Under the pieces are notes generated by a model, which did not search any database, was not told the origin of the DNA, and saw only the letters and a list, made by a program, of their open reading frames with translations. Source: Myxococcales bacterium (GTDB lineage Bacteria > Myxococcota_A > Polyangia > Polyangiales > Polyangiaceae). Taken from it: a DNA stretch of 64,000 bases. Shown in pieces: positions 52,804 to 61,745 of the stretch. Position 1 is the first letter of the stretch. Each line of letters opens with the position of its first letter. The translations under genes and the position numbers were made by a program. The stretch lies in NCBI GenBank assembly GCA_012514535.1, contig JAAZAA010000056.1, positions 3,932 to 67,931 of the forward strand. Reading direction: 5' to 3'.

Positions 52804-53660
52804 GCGCGGGGATCCCCGGACGGCTCGCCGCCCGCTCCCTCCGGATCCGCGTTCGGGTGCCAGAGGGGCCCGCTCCCCCGACCGAGGATCGGCGCCCGTC
52901 GCAGCGCAGCAACGAGATAGTCGCGACCGCGCTGCACGGCGTCGCGCAGGGTGAGCCCCTCGGCGACGCCAGCGGCGATCGCCGAGGCCAGGGTGCACCC
53001 GGTGCCGTGACCCGCGCGCGTCACGATCCGCGGGCCGGAGAAGCGGTACTCCTCACCATCGACGGTTCGGAGCAGGTCCGTCACCTCCTCCTCGCTGCCC
53101 GGTAGGTGGCCGCCCTTGACGAGGACCGCGGCGGCGCCCAGGGCGAGCAACCGCTCCGCCGCCCGCCCCGCGCCCTCGAGATCCTGGATCGGGACTCCCG
53201 TGAGATGTTCCGCCTCGGGGACGTTGGGCGTCACCAGCGCCGCCCGCGGCACGAGCTCCTCGAGGAGCGCACGCACGCCGTCCCGGGAGAGCAGCTCGCG
53301 CCCGTCGCTCGCCAGGATCACCGGATCGACGACGAGGGCGGCGCGGCCGACCCGCGCGGCGACCGCTCGCACCACGTCGATGTTGTGGAGCATGCCCGTC
53401 TTGATCACGTCAGCGCCGATGTCATCGAGGACCGCGTCCATCTGGGCGCCCACCACGCTCGCCGGGATGGGCATCACCTCCGTCACCCCGCAGGTGTTCT
53501 GGACGGTGATGGCCGTCACCGCCGTGGCTCCGAAGACCCCGAGGGCCGTGAGCGTCTTCAGATCCGCCTGGATCCCCGCGCCGCCGCTCGGATCCGAGCC
53601 TCCGACGGCGAGGACACGTGCGGGAGCGGGAGGAGGTTCGGGCGGAGAGGACGGGCGCAT
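52797..53660 (-). CDS. thiD: Hydroxymethylpyrimidine / phosphomethylpyrimidine kinase
   Basis: VLAVGGSDPSGGAGIQADLKT, VIKTGML, LVTPNVPEAE, VLVKGGH, GTGCTLASAIAA. Confidence 0.9.
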   Translation of the reverse strand: MRPSSPPEPPPAPARVLAVGGSDPSGGAGIQADLKTLTALGVFGATAVTAITVQNTCGVTEVMPIPASVVGAQMDAVLDDIGADVIKTGMLHNIDVVRAVAARVGRAALVVDPVILASDGRELLSRDGVRALLEELVPRAALVTPNVPEAEHLTGVPIQDLEGAGRAAERLLALGAAAVLVKGGHLPGSEEEVTDLLRTVDGEEYRFSGPRIVTRAGHGTGCTLASAIAAGVAEGLTLRDAVQRGRDYLVAALRRAPILGRGSGPLWHPNADPEGAGGEPSGDPRAQ

Positions 53661-53761
53661 CGCGGGCGATGGTGCAGGGGAGCAGGCGCTCCGTCCAGGG
53701 GAGGTCCAGGAGGGAAAACCGTCCCTCAGGACAAACTTCCATTATACTCCACGCCCCCGCC

Positions 53762-53843
53762 GGCCCCTTGGCGAAATCGGCAGACGCGGGAGACTTAAAA
53801 TCTCCTTCCGCACGGAGTCCCGGTTCGAGCCCGGGAGGGGCCA
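53762..53843 (+). tRNA. tRNA-Leu, anticodon UAA (reads UUA/UUG)
   Basis: Hand-folded cloverleaf. Acceptor GGCCCCT/AGGGGCC with discriminator A. Anticodon stem GGAGA/TCTCC with loop C-U-UAA-A-A. Long variable arm TCCG-CA-CGGA (class II). T-arm CCCGG-TTCGAGC-CCGGG. CCA is not encoded. Confidence 0.85.
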
Positions 53844-53887
53844 CTCCTTCGTGGGTTTCGTGAGCGCGGACCGCCCCGCCGGGTATT

Positions 53888-53904
53888 TTGAAAACCGTTT
53901 TCAA
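53888..53904. promoter_or_regulatory. AT-rich 8-1-8 palindromic operator candidate upstream of feoAB
   Basis: TTGAAAAC-C-GTTTTCAA, ending 19 nt upstream of the feoA GTG. It stands out as AT-rich in this GC-rich DNA. Confidence 0.5.
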
Positions 53905-53922
53905 TAAGAGTACGTTCCCGGC

Positions 53923-54159
53923 GTGACCCTCCGCGAAGCCCCCATCGGTCGCTCTGCTCGTGTCGTCGCCGTCGACGTCGACAAGGGCGGGCGCGCCTTC
54001 CGACGCAGACTCCTCGAGCTCGGCCTCGTGCCCGGGACGGAGGTGCAGGTCCTCCGGGTCGCGCCGCTGGGCGATCCCATCGAGCTGCTCGCCCGCGGCT
54101 GCTTGCTCTCGATCCGCAAAGCGGACGCCGCCTCCGTGCACGTCGAGCTGGCCCCATGA
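53923..54159 (+). CDS. feoA: Ferrous iron transport protein A
   Basis: 78 aa, SH3-like FeoA pattern (ARVVAVD...RRLLELGLVPGTEVQVLRVAPLGDPIEL). Confidence 0.85.
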   Translation: MTLREAPIGRSARVVAVDVDKGGRAFRRRLLELGLVPGTEVQVLRVAPLGDPIELLARGCLLSIRKADAASVHVELAP

Positions 54160-56435
54160 CGTCCTCCTTGCTCGAGGAGCCCCAGGCTCCCGCCGATCCC
54201 GCCCGCCAGGGTGGCTCCGCCGTGAGCGCTCCCAGGGCTCCGACGCCGGGACGACACATCGCCCTGGTCGGCAACCCGAACGTCGGCAAGACCAGCTTGT
54301 TCAATCACCTGTCCGGGCAGAGCGCCCGCGTCGGGAACTACCCGGGCATCACCGTGGAGCGCCGCACGGGGGTCGTCCACCTGCCGAGCGTGACGCCCGG
54401 AGGAAGCCCGGAGCAGCGCCAGCTGGTGGACGTGCCCGGGACCTACTCCCTCAGCGCCCGCTCCCAAGAGGAACGCATCGCCATCGACGAGGTGCTCGGG
54501 CTGAACGGCGCGCCGCCGCCGGCCCTCACCGTGGTGGTGATCGACGCCGGTCAGCTCCTCCGCAACCTCTACCTCGTGGTGCAGCTGCTCGAGCTGCGGG
54601 TCCCCTGCGTGCTCGCCCTCAACATGGTCGACGAGGCGCCCCACGCACCTCCCCACCCGGAGGCCCTCACGCGGATCCTCGGGGTGCCCTGCGTCCTCAC
54701 CAACGGGCGCACGGGGGAAGGCATCGACGAGCTCCGCGCCGCCATCGCGCGCGCGTGCGCGCAGCCCCCCCAACCCCGGGTCCACGTCACCTATCCCCCC
54801 GAGCTGATCCGCGCCGCCGACCGGGTCGCCGACGCCCTCCCCTCCTCCTGGCGCGGCAGCGTCGAGCGGGATCGTGCCCTCGCGCTGTGGGCCTTGTCGA
54901 GCCTCGACGAGGACGACGAGCTCGAAGGGATCCCGGACGAGCTCCGCGCGCGGGTCCTCGACATCCACGCGACGGGGCTCGACGCGGATCTCGCGACCGT
55001 CACGGCCCGCTACGCCTACCTCGACGGCCACCAGAGCGACTTTTTCCGCCCGACCACGGCGGAGCAGGGCGGACCCGCGCGCGTCTCCGAGAAGGTGGAT
55101 CGCGTGCTGCTCCACCCCGTCTACGGGTTCGCCGCGTTCCTCGGCATCATGCTGCTGCTCTTCCAGTCTCTGTTCACCTGGTCCGACCCTGCGATCGGGT
55201 GGATCGAGGACGGGGTCGCAGCCCTCCAGGAGGTCGCCGGCTCGGTACTGCCGGAGGGGTTGCTGCGGGACCTGTTGACGGAGGGCGTCCTGGGCGGCGT
55301 CGGCAACGTCATCGTGTTCCTGCCCCAGATTCTGCTGCTTTTTTTCTTCATCGGGCTGCTGGAAGACTCCGGCTACATGGCGCGCGTCGCGTACCTGATG
55401 GACCGCATCATGCGCAGCCTCGGCCTGCACGGCCGCGCCTTCGTCCCGATGCTCAGCGGCTTCGCCTGCGCCGTGCCCGCCATCTTGGCGACGCGCACCA
55501 TGGAGCGTCAGCGGGATCGCCTGCTCACGATGATGGTGGTGCCGCTGATGGCGTGCTCCGCGCGCCTGCCCGTCTACACCCTCGTCATCGCGGCGCTCTT
55601 TCCGCCCGAGAGCTTGTTCGGCGTGCCGCTGCAAGGGCTGCTGATGGTGGCGATGTACCTGTTCAGCGTCGTCATCGCCCTGCTCGCGACGGCCGTGCTG
55701 GGGCGCACCGTGATTCGTGGACGGCGCGTTCCCCTCATCCTCGAGCTGCCCCCCTATCGCTTGCCGCGCCTGGCGAGCACCGTGCGCATGATGACGGAGC
55801 GCGCCGGGCAGTTCCTGCGGGAAGCGGGCACGGTGATCCTCGTCTGCACGATCGCGCTCTGGGGCCTGCTCACCTTCCCCCGCGAGGACGTGGCCCCCGA
55901 AGGCGAGGCCGTCGTCGCCACCGCCGTCGTCACGGAGAACGCGGAGACTTCCCTCGGATCGGACGCGCTGGTCACCGCAGCCGAAGCAGCGCCGCGTGAC
56001 AGAGACTCACGGCTGGCCCAGAGCTACGGAGGCCAGCTCGGCAAAGCCCTCGAGCCCGTGGTGGCTCCCCTGGGCTTCGACTGGAAGATCGCCACGGGGA
56101 TCATCGGCGCCTTCGCGGCGCGGGAGGTGTTCATCTCCACCCTCGCTCTGGTGTACGGCATGGGCGACGTCGACGACGAAGCCCTGCCCCTGCGGGAGCG
56201 GATGCGCGAAGAACGTCGCGCCGACGGCTCCCACACCTACACGCCGCTCGTGGGGCTCTCGCTCATGGTCTTCTTCGCCTTGGCCTGCCAGTGCATGAGC
56301 ACCCTCGCGGTCGTGCGTCGGGAGACCAGGAGCTGGCGCTGGCCCGCTTTCATGTTCGCCTACATGACGGCGCTCGCCTACGCCGCGAGCTTCATCGTGT
56401 ACCAGGGTGGACGACTGCTCGGGTTCGTCGGTTGA
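54156..56435 (+). CDS. feoB: Ferrous iron transporter FeoB (G-protein domain + permease)
   Basis: IALVGNPNVGKTSLFN, GNYPGITVE, DVPGTYSL, NMVDEA, then a polytopic permease domain. Confidence 0.95.
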   Translation: MTSSLLEEPQAPADPARQGGSAVSAPRAPTPGRHIALVGNPNVGKTSLFNHLSGQSARVGNYPGITVERRTGVVHLPSVTPGGSPEQRQLVDVPGTYSLSARSQEERIAIDEVLGLNGAPPPALTVVVIDAGQLLRNLYLVVQLLELRVPCVLALNMVDEAPHAPPHPEALTRILGVPCVLTNGRTGEGIDELRAAIARACAQPPQPRVHVTYPPELIRAADRVADALPSSWRGSVERDRALALWALSSLDEDDELEGIPDELRARVLDIHATGLDADLATVTARYAYLDGHQSDFFRPTTAEQGGPARVSEKVDRVLLHPVYGFAAFLGIMLLLFQSLFTWSDPAIGWIEDGVAALQEVAGSVLPEGLLRDLLTEGVLGGVGNVIVFLPQILLLFFFIGLLEDSGYMARVAYLMDRIMRSLGLHGRAFVPMLSGFACAVPAILATRTMERQRDRLLTMMVVPLMACSARLPVYTLVIAALFPPESLFGVPLQGLLMVAMYLFSVVIALLATAVLGRTVIRGRRVPLILELPPYRLPRLASTVRMMTERAGQFLREAGTVILVCTIALWGLLTFPREDVAPEGEAVVATAVVTENAETSLGSDALVTAAEAAPRDRDSRLAQSYGGQLGKALEPVVAPLGFDWKIATGIIGAFAAREVFISTLALVYGMGDVDDEALPLRERMREERRADGSHTYTPLVGLSLMVFFALACQCMSTLAVVRRETRSWRWPAFMFAYMTALAYAASFIVYQGGRLLGFVG

Positions 56436-57105
56436 GGTCGCCGCGGTGGGAGGTCCTCCCGAGAGACCAGCGCCCGCGCGGCGCGGACGGCGGCGAGCCG
56501 CGGCGCTCCCACGGAGCTTCTACGCTCGGGACGTGCTCGAGGTCGCCCGCGACTGCATCGGGGCCCTCCTCGTCCACGAGGGCCCCGAGGGCACCGTGTC
56601 CGGGAGGATCGTGGAGGCGGAGGCGTACCGCGGGCCCGAGGATCGCGCCGCCCACAGCTTCGGCGGGCGACGCACGCCGCGCACGGAGGTCATGTTCGGG
56701 ACGCCGGGGCATGCCTACGTGTTCTTCGTGTACGGCATGCACTGGCACGTGAACCTCGTCACAGGGGCGCCCGGGCAACCCCAAGCCGTGCTGCTGCGGG
56801 CAGTGGAGCCCCTTCAAGGGGTCGAGCTCATGGCGCGCAGGCGCCGCATGGACGCCAGGCGCCGCGAGCTCACCAACGGCCCCGGCAAGCTGTGCCAGGC
56901 GTTCGGGATCGATCGGGCCCTCTACGGCGCCGACCTCTGCCAGCCGCCCCTCTACCTCGCGCCTCCCCCGCCGGGCAGCCCTGCTCCGCGCGTGGCGACC
57001 TCTCCGCGGATCGGCGTGGACTACGCGGGGGAGTGGCGGGAGCGGCCCTGGCGCTTCTTCGACGCGGACAGCCCCTACGTGCTGCGGGCTCGCCGGCGGA
57101 GCTGA
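56407..57105 (+). CDS. mpg: DNA-3-methyladenine glycosylase (Mpg/AAG family)
   Basis: FYARDVLEVARDCIGALLV...GRIVEAEAYRGPEDRAAHSFGGRRTPRTEVMFG.PGHAYVFFVYGMHW.NLV. The start is uncertain and overlaps the feoB 3' end by 29 nt as called. Confidence 0.85.
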   Translation: MDDCSGSSVEVAAVGGPPERPAPARRGRRRAAALPRSFYARDVLEVARDCIGALLVHEGPEGTVSGRIVEAEAYRGPEDRAAHSFGGRRTPRTEVMFGTPGHAYVFFVYGMHWHVNLVTGAPGQPQAVLLRAVEPLQGVELMARRRRMDARRRELTNGPGKLCQAFGIDRALYGADLCQPPLYLAPPPPGSPAPRVATSPRIGVDYAGEWRERPWRFFDADSPYVLRARRRS

Positions 57106-57219
57106 GGTCGCTGCGCCCCACCTCCGCCCGGGCCCTACCGCGCGCCCTCGAGGATCCCTTCGGGGCCCGAGCCATGATAGGTCTTCGGGGACTCGCGGAG
57201 GGCTTGGCGACACACCGCC

Positions 57220-58593
57220 GTGGGCCACTCACGGACCGCTCCGCGGGGGACGACCCCGATGACACGCCCTCCCCTCGATCCCGGCTCAGCCCCCTCGTCG
57301 ACGGACCCCGACCCCAGTGCGCCCTCCCGCGGGGCCTTGTCCGGACGTCGCGTCCTGCTCGCCGTCACGGGCAGCATCGCCGCCTACAAGGCCGTGCTCC
57401 TCCTGCGGCTCCTGAAGAAGGCGGGCGCCCACGTCGAGGTCCTGCTGACGGACACGGCGCAGCGCTTCGTCGGCGCCGCCACCTTCTCTGGCCTCGGCGC
57501 CCCCGTCCACGACGACATGTTCTCCGCGCCGGGGGAGCTCCATGTCACCCTGGGGCAGCGCGCCGACGTGTTGCTCGTCGCCCCGGCCACCGCCGACGTC
57601 CTCGCGCGCCTGCGTCAGGGGCGCGCCGACGACCTGCTCACGGCGACCGCTCTGTGCCTGCGCGGTCGCCTGCTGCTCGCGCCCGCCATGCACCCGACGA
57701 TGTGGCACGCGCCCGCCGTGCGGGAGAACGTGGCCCTCCTCCAGGCGCGCGGCGCGGAGCTGATTGGCCCCGTCGTCGGAGAGGTCGCGTCGGGAGATTC
57801 GGGGATGGGGAGGATGGCCGAACCGGAGGAGATCGTCGCGGCCCTCACCCACAGCCTCCGCTCCGACGCCAGCCTCGGGGGGCGACACGTGGTCGTCACC
57901 GCAGGCCCTACCCGCGAGCCCATCGATCCCGTGCGGTTCCTCACCAACACCTCCTCGGGAAAGATGGGGTTCGCCATCGCGGCCCAGGCCGCTCGCCGAG
58001 GAGCGCGCGTCACCCTGATCGCCGGCCCCGTGCACCAGCCCACCCCCGCGGGGGTCGAGCGCCTCGACGTGGGCACCACGGAGGAGATGCGCAGCACCCT
58101 GTGGTCGGTCCTCGGCGACGACCTCCAGGGGGCGGACGCCCTCGTGATGTGCGCGGCCGTCGCGGATTACCGCCCCCGGACGGCCGCCGAGCACAAGCTG
58201 AAGCGAGGCGACGAGCTGCGGCTCGACCTCGTGCCCAACCCCGATCTGCTCGCGGAGATCGGCGCCGCCCGCGGCGGGACCACCCCGGTGCTCGTCGGCT
58301 TCGCCCTCGAGACCGGTGACGACGACGCCCTCTCCGCGTCCGCCCGCGGCAAGCTCCAGCGCAAGAAGGTCGACCTGGTCGTCGCCAACGCTGCCGCCGA
58401 GTCCTTGGGCCGCGACGACAACCGCGTATTGCTCGTGACGGACACCGAGACCACCCCGCTCCCCACGCTCCCGAAAGAGGCCATCGCCCACCAGCTGCTC
58501 GACTGGGTGGGAGCCCGCCTGGATGCCCTGACGGCGCCTCCCGCGGACGTCACGCCCGGGCCCGTCGACTCCAGCACCGAGGGAACGCCGTGA
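57220..58593 (+). CDS. coaBC: Bifunctional phosphopantothenoylcysteine decarboxylase / synthetase
   Basis: RVLLAVTGSIAAYKAVLLLRLL flavoprotein motif, PAMHPTMW, and the CoaB half VVVTAGPTREPIDPVRFLTNTSSGKMG. Start is GTG 57220 or ATG 57259. Confidence 0.9.
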   Translation: MGHSRTAPRGTTPMTRPPLDPGSAPSSTDPDPSAPSRGALSGRRVLLAVTGSIAAYKAVLLLRLLKKAGAHVEVLLTDTAQRFVGAATFSGLGAPVHDDMFSAPGELHVTLGQRADVLLVAPATADVLARLRQGRADDLLTATALCLRGRLLLAPAMHPTMWHAPAVRENVALLQARGAELIGPVVGEVASGDSGMGRMAEPEEIVAALTHSLRSDASLGGRHVVVTAGPTREPIDPVRFLTNTSSGKMGFAIAAQAARRGARVTLIAGPVHQPTPAGVERLDVGTTEEMRSTLWSVLGDDLQGADALVMCAAVADYRPRTAAEHKLKRGDELRLDLVPNPDLLAEIGAARGGTTPVLVGFALETGDDDALSASARGKLQRKKVDLVVANAAAESLGRDDNRVLLVTDTETTPLPTLPKEAIAHQLLDWVGARLDALTAPPADVTPGPVDSSTEGTP

Positions 58594-59258
58594 TCCTGGT
58601 CTGTGGCGCGCTCCTCCTCCTGATGACGGCCGTCGGCCTGGCCTTTCGGCCTGCGTGGGCGGGGGCGATGCTCTTCTGGTGGGTGCTCCTCGGCCCCCAT
58701 GTCCTCGTCGCCGCCTATGCCGCCAACGACCTGCACCGGAGAGGACGCCTGGGGGAGCTCCTCCGACCGCGGTTCGGGGACTTGACCCTCGGCGCCCTGG
58801 TGGGGGTCGTCCTGCTCGTCGCCTCCTGGGCGGGCCGCGAGACCCTGGCGGGGGTCGGCACACCACAGCAAGCGTGGCTCCTCAACATCTACTTTCAGGT
58901 GGGAGCTCCGGAGGTCGTCGAGAGCTCGGTCCTCATCACGACGATCATTCTCGCGGTGGTGGTCTGTGAGGAACTCATCTGGCGCGGCTGGGTCCTCGAT
59001 CGGAGCACGGCCACCTTCGGAGAGCGACGCGGCTGGCCCATCGCCGCGCTTCTCTATGGCGCGACGATGCTCCCCACCGTCGTCACCCTCGCCGCGCCCG
59101 TGGCGGGGCCGAACCCCTTGCTCCTCGTCGCCGCCCTCTTCTGCGGGCTGGTCTGGACGTTCATGGCCAAGCTGATCGGGAGACTGCCCCCGATCATCAT
59201 CTCCCACGCCATCTTCACCTATTTCTCGATCGTCCAGTTCCGTCAGCCAGGGTTGTGA
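58590..59258 (+). CDS. CPBP-family intramembrane glutamic endopeptidase (CAAX protease-like)
   Basis: Motif 1 EELIWRGW, motif 2 ALLYGA, motif 3 ISHAIFT, multiple TM helices. The GTG overlaps the coaBC stop (GTGA). Confidence 0.75.
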   Translation: MILVCGALLLLMTAVGLAFRPAWAGAMLFWWVLLGPHVLVAAYAANDLHRRGRLGELLRPRFGDLTLGALVGVVLLVASWAGRETLAGVGTPQQAWLLNIYFQVGAPEVVESSVLITTIILAVVVCEELIWRGWVLDRSTATFGERRGWPIAALLYGATMLPTVVTLAAPVAGPNPLLLVAALFCGLVWTFMAKLIGRLPPIIISHAIFTYFSIVQFRQPGL

Positions 59259-59360
59259 CCCCGAGGCCCTCCGGGGCGGACGGCGAAGCTCGAGCGCTCG
59301 GCTCGAAGAGCGGGCCCAGAGCGAGGGGCCCAGAGCGAGAGGCCGGGGGTGCGCGCGAGC

Positions 59361-59384
59361 CCAGGGTCCGGCGGCGAACCCTGG
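59361..59384. terminator. Hairpin between convergent CPBP and yebC genes
   Basis: CCAGGGT - 10 nt - ACCCTGG. No U-tract. Confidence 0.3.
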
Positions 59385-59438
59385 ATCCGTCGGGAGGTGT
59401 GGGTCGGCGGGTCGCGCGCGGGGAGCCTCAACCAACCG

Positions 59439-60188
59439 TCAACCCGTGATGCGGGCGAGCTCCTCGTCGGACACGTCGAAGTCACTGAAGACGTTCTGCA
59501 CGTCGTCGTGATCGTCCAAGGCCTCCGCGAGGTTCATGCACACCTCCGCGTCCCGTCCGCTGACGTTCTTCTTCGTCTTGGGCACGTAGGCGATCTTGCT
59601 CTCGGAGATCGGCAGCTTCGCCTCTTCGAACTTCGCGACCACGTTGAAGAGGTCCTCCACGGGCGTGTACACGACCCACACGTCGCCCTCGTTCCGGTAG
59701 TCCTCCGCGCCCGCCTCGAGCGCCGCCTCCATCAGCTGCTCCTCCGTGACGGCGCTCGCCTCGAGGCTGATCGTGCCCAGACGATCGAAGGCCCAGCCGG
59801 CGGTGCCCGAGCTCCCGAGCACGCCGTTGTTCCGTTCGAAGATCTTGCGGAGCTCCGCGACCGTGCGGTTGCGGTTGTCCGTCATGCCTTCCACCAGGAA
59901 CAGCGTCCCCGAAGGTCCCGTCCCCTCGTAGAGCACCTCGTCGTAGTTCGCGCCTTCGATCTCACCGGTGCCGCGCTGGATGGCGCGCTTCATGGTGTCC
60001 GCAGGCATGTGCTGGGCCTTGGCGTCGTTGATCGCCTTGCGCAGACGCGGGTTGCCGTCGGGGTCACCGCCGCCCAAGCGGGCCGCGGTGGTGATCTCCT
60101 TGATCAACTTGGTGAACAGCTTGCCGCGGGCCGCATCATTGGCCCCCTTCTTGCGCTTGATCGTCGCCCACTTGGAATGGCCGCTCAT
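59439..60188 (-). CDS. yebC: YebC/PmpR-family transcriptional regulator / translation factor
   Basis: MSGHSKWATIKRKKGANDAARGKLFTKLIKEITTAARLGGGDPDGNPRLR. Full-length family match from internal ATG 60188. Confidence 0.95.
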   Translation of the reverse strand: MSGHSKWATIKRKKGANDAARGKLFTKLIKEITTAARLGGGDPDGNPRLRKAINDAKAQHMPADTMKRAIQRGTGEIEGANYDEVLYEGTGPSGTLFLVEGMTDNRNRTVAELRKIFERNNGVLGSSGTAGWAFDRLGTISLEASAVTEEQLMEAALEAGAEDYRNEGDVWVVYTPVEDLFNVVAKFEEAKLPISESKIAYVPKTKKNVSGRDAEVCMNLAEALDDHDDVQNVFSDFDVSDEELARITG

Positions 60189-60262
60189 GGAAGCGCGTTT
60201 ACCAAATCCCTGGCGCCCGAGCCACACGACCCCCGCAGGGTCCGTGTACGATTTTTGGAGAC

Positions 60263-61111
60263 TCAGGCGACCCGTCGGGCCGGCATCGGGGTGGCGATGA
60301 CCATGGTCAGGTCTCGATGGAGCAGCGCGAAGGCGCTGTCCTGGGGCCACTCGGGGGCCCCCTCGAGCAGGGTGGCCACCGCGTCCCGAGCGCCGCGCTG
60401 GGCACAGACCGCCGCGGCCGCATAACGGGTCACCCAATGCAGCAGGGGCAACACCTCGGGTCCCCGTAGCAGGAGCTCCAGATCCCCCTGCTCGGCGCGC
60501 CCGTCGAAGGCGCGCACGATGGCGCCCATGCACTCACGGATCGCTCGGGACCGGCGCTCGCGCCCCGGACTCTCCGGCCGCGGCAAGGAGCGCAGGGCAG
60601 CGGCGCGCCCGTGGGCCCCGGTGTGCTCCCCCTCGAAGGCCTCGATGAGGACCTCGACGATGAGCAGCTGCTCGTGCTCGTCGTCGTCCAGGTGGCGGTG
60701 CCGCCACGCTTGCAGAGCCAGGCGGGCGGGCCCGGTGACGCCCAGGGCGGCCAGGGCCAGGGCTCGCTGCAGGGCGATCCGCTCCTGGTCGGAGTGCTGC
60801 ACCTCGCGGAGGGCCGCCTCGAGGATCTCGGCGACGCTCCCGGTGCGGTAGATGGCCCGACGGCGGCGCCGCTCCAGGAACTCCGGGGCCACGGAGAGGG
60901 GAACGACCAACAAAACGAAAGCGCCCGCGAGGAGCCACTCCCCCGCGAGCGCCAAGCGAATCGCGTAAGCAACCGCCGCGGCCGACGCCATGAAGCGGAC
61001 GAACCCCGCAGCACGACCCAGCCAGGACCCCCATACGTTAAGCGATGACTGCACAATGGCTCCTGAAGATGAAGGAGGAGGACGCGGAGCCCCGAAACGG
61101 CTGGGGAGCAC
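60263..61111 (-). CDS. Hypothetical membrane protein
   Basis: 282-aa ORF with two N-terminal hydrophobic helices (FMASAAAVAYAIRLALAGEWLLAGAFVLLVVPLSV), then a helical soluble part. No motif recognised. Confidence 0.45.
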   Translation of the reverse strand: MLPSRFGAPRPPPSSSGAIVQSSLNVWGSWLGRAAGFVRFMASAAAVAYAIRLALAGEWLLAGAFVLLVVPLSVAPEFLERRRRRAIYRTGSVAEILEAALREVQHSDQERIALQRALALAALGVTGPARLALQAWRHRHLDDDEHEQLLIVEVLIEAFEGEHTGAHGRAAALRSLPRPESPGRERRSRAIRECMGAIVRAFDGRAEQGDLELLLRGPEVLPLLHWVTRYAAAAVCAQRGARDAVATLLEGAPEWPQDSAFALLHRDLTMVIATPMPARRVA

Positions 61112-61499
61112 CGACAGCCATCGTCAACAATCGCTTTGGAGCGCGCAAGCTGCCATTTTCCGCTAGCCCGCAGCGTCCCGGCGCGTCGTCGTCGACTCGT
61201 CGTCGGCTCGTGTCGTGACATCGCGACACCTCCACACCTTCAGTGACCCCGGTACGCCGGAGGCCCACTCCAGCCTCGCGGGATTGATGCAACCTGGGTC
61301 CGTCTCATGAGCGCTTCCACGGCGGCGCGCGGCACTACGTGACGCCGTCGAACCCACCATTGCCGCGCGGCGGCGCATGTCCGCAGTGGCGCCGCACGAC
61401 TCGGCGGACGCACCACCGCTCGACGGCGCAACGCATCACCGCGTGGCGGAGCCGCTCGACTCCGCCCCCCAGCGACGGTCCCGTACGACCCGCCACACC

Positions 61500-61745
61500 A
61501 CGCCACCACCGCGCACGACGACGACCCACGGCGCTGCGCAATGCCCTCGCGCCACCGCGCACGACGACGACGCGCGCAGCGACGCACGACGAGCGCGGCC
61601 ACTGCGCGGCACGGCGCTGCACGATGCCCTTGCGCCACGACGCGCGACGCACCACTGCTCCCGCAACGCCTCGGCGCACGACGCCGAACGGCGCTGCACG
61701 ACGCCACCGCGCGCGGCGGCGCGTCACTGCGCGGCGGTCACTCTG
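61500..61745. repeat. Degenerate ~80-bp tandem repeats in a 626-bp non-coding gap
   Basis: Core ACGGCGCTGC(G/A)C(A/G)A(T/C)GCC recurs at ~61528, ~61610 and ~61687. CCACCGCGCACGACGACGAC occurs twice (61507, 61551). CACTGCGCGGC occurs twice (61600, 61725). Confidence 0.55.

Noticed and set aside
53661-53761. Possible TPP riboswitch in the thiD leader (CTGAGGGA...CCTGGACC on the minus strand)
   Set aside because: It bears only a vague resemblance to the CUGAGA / ACCUGAUCUGGAUAAUGCCAGCG core. The conserved pyrimidine-sensor helix sequence is not present. A covariance-model search (Rfam RF00059) would settle it.
61240-61727. 155-aa and 130-aa minus-strand ORFs and several plus-strand ORFs inside the 61.1-61.7 kb repeat region
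   Set aside because: All six frames are open and every translation is Arg/Ala-rich repeat junk reflecting the DNA repeats. There is no start context. The region is treated as non-coding.
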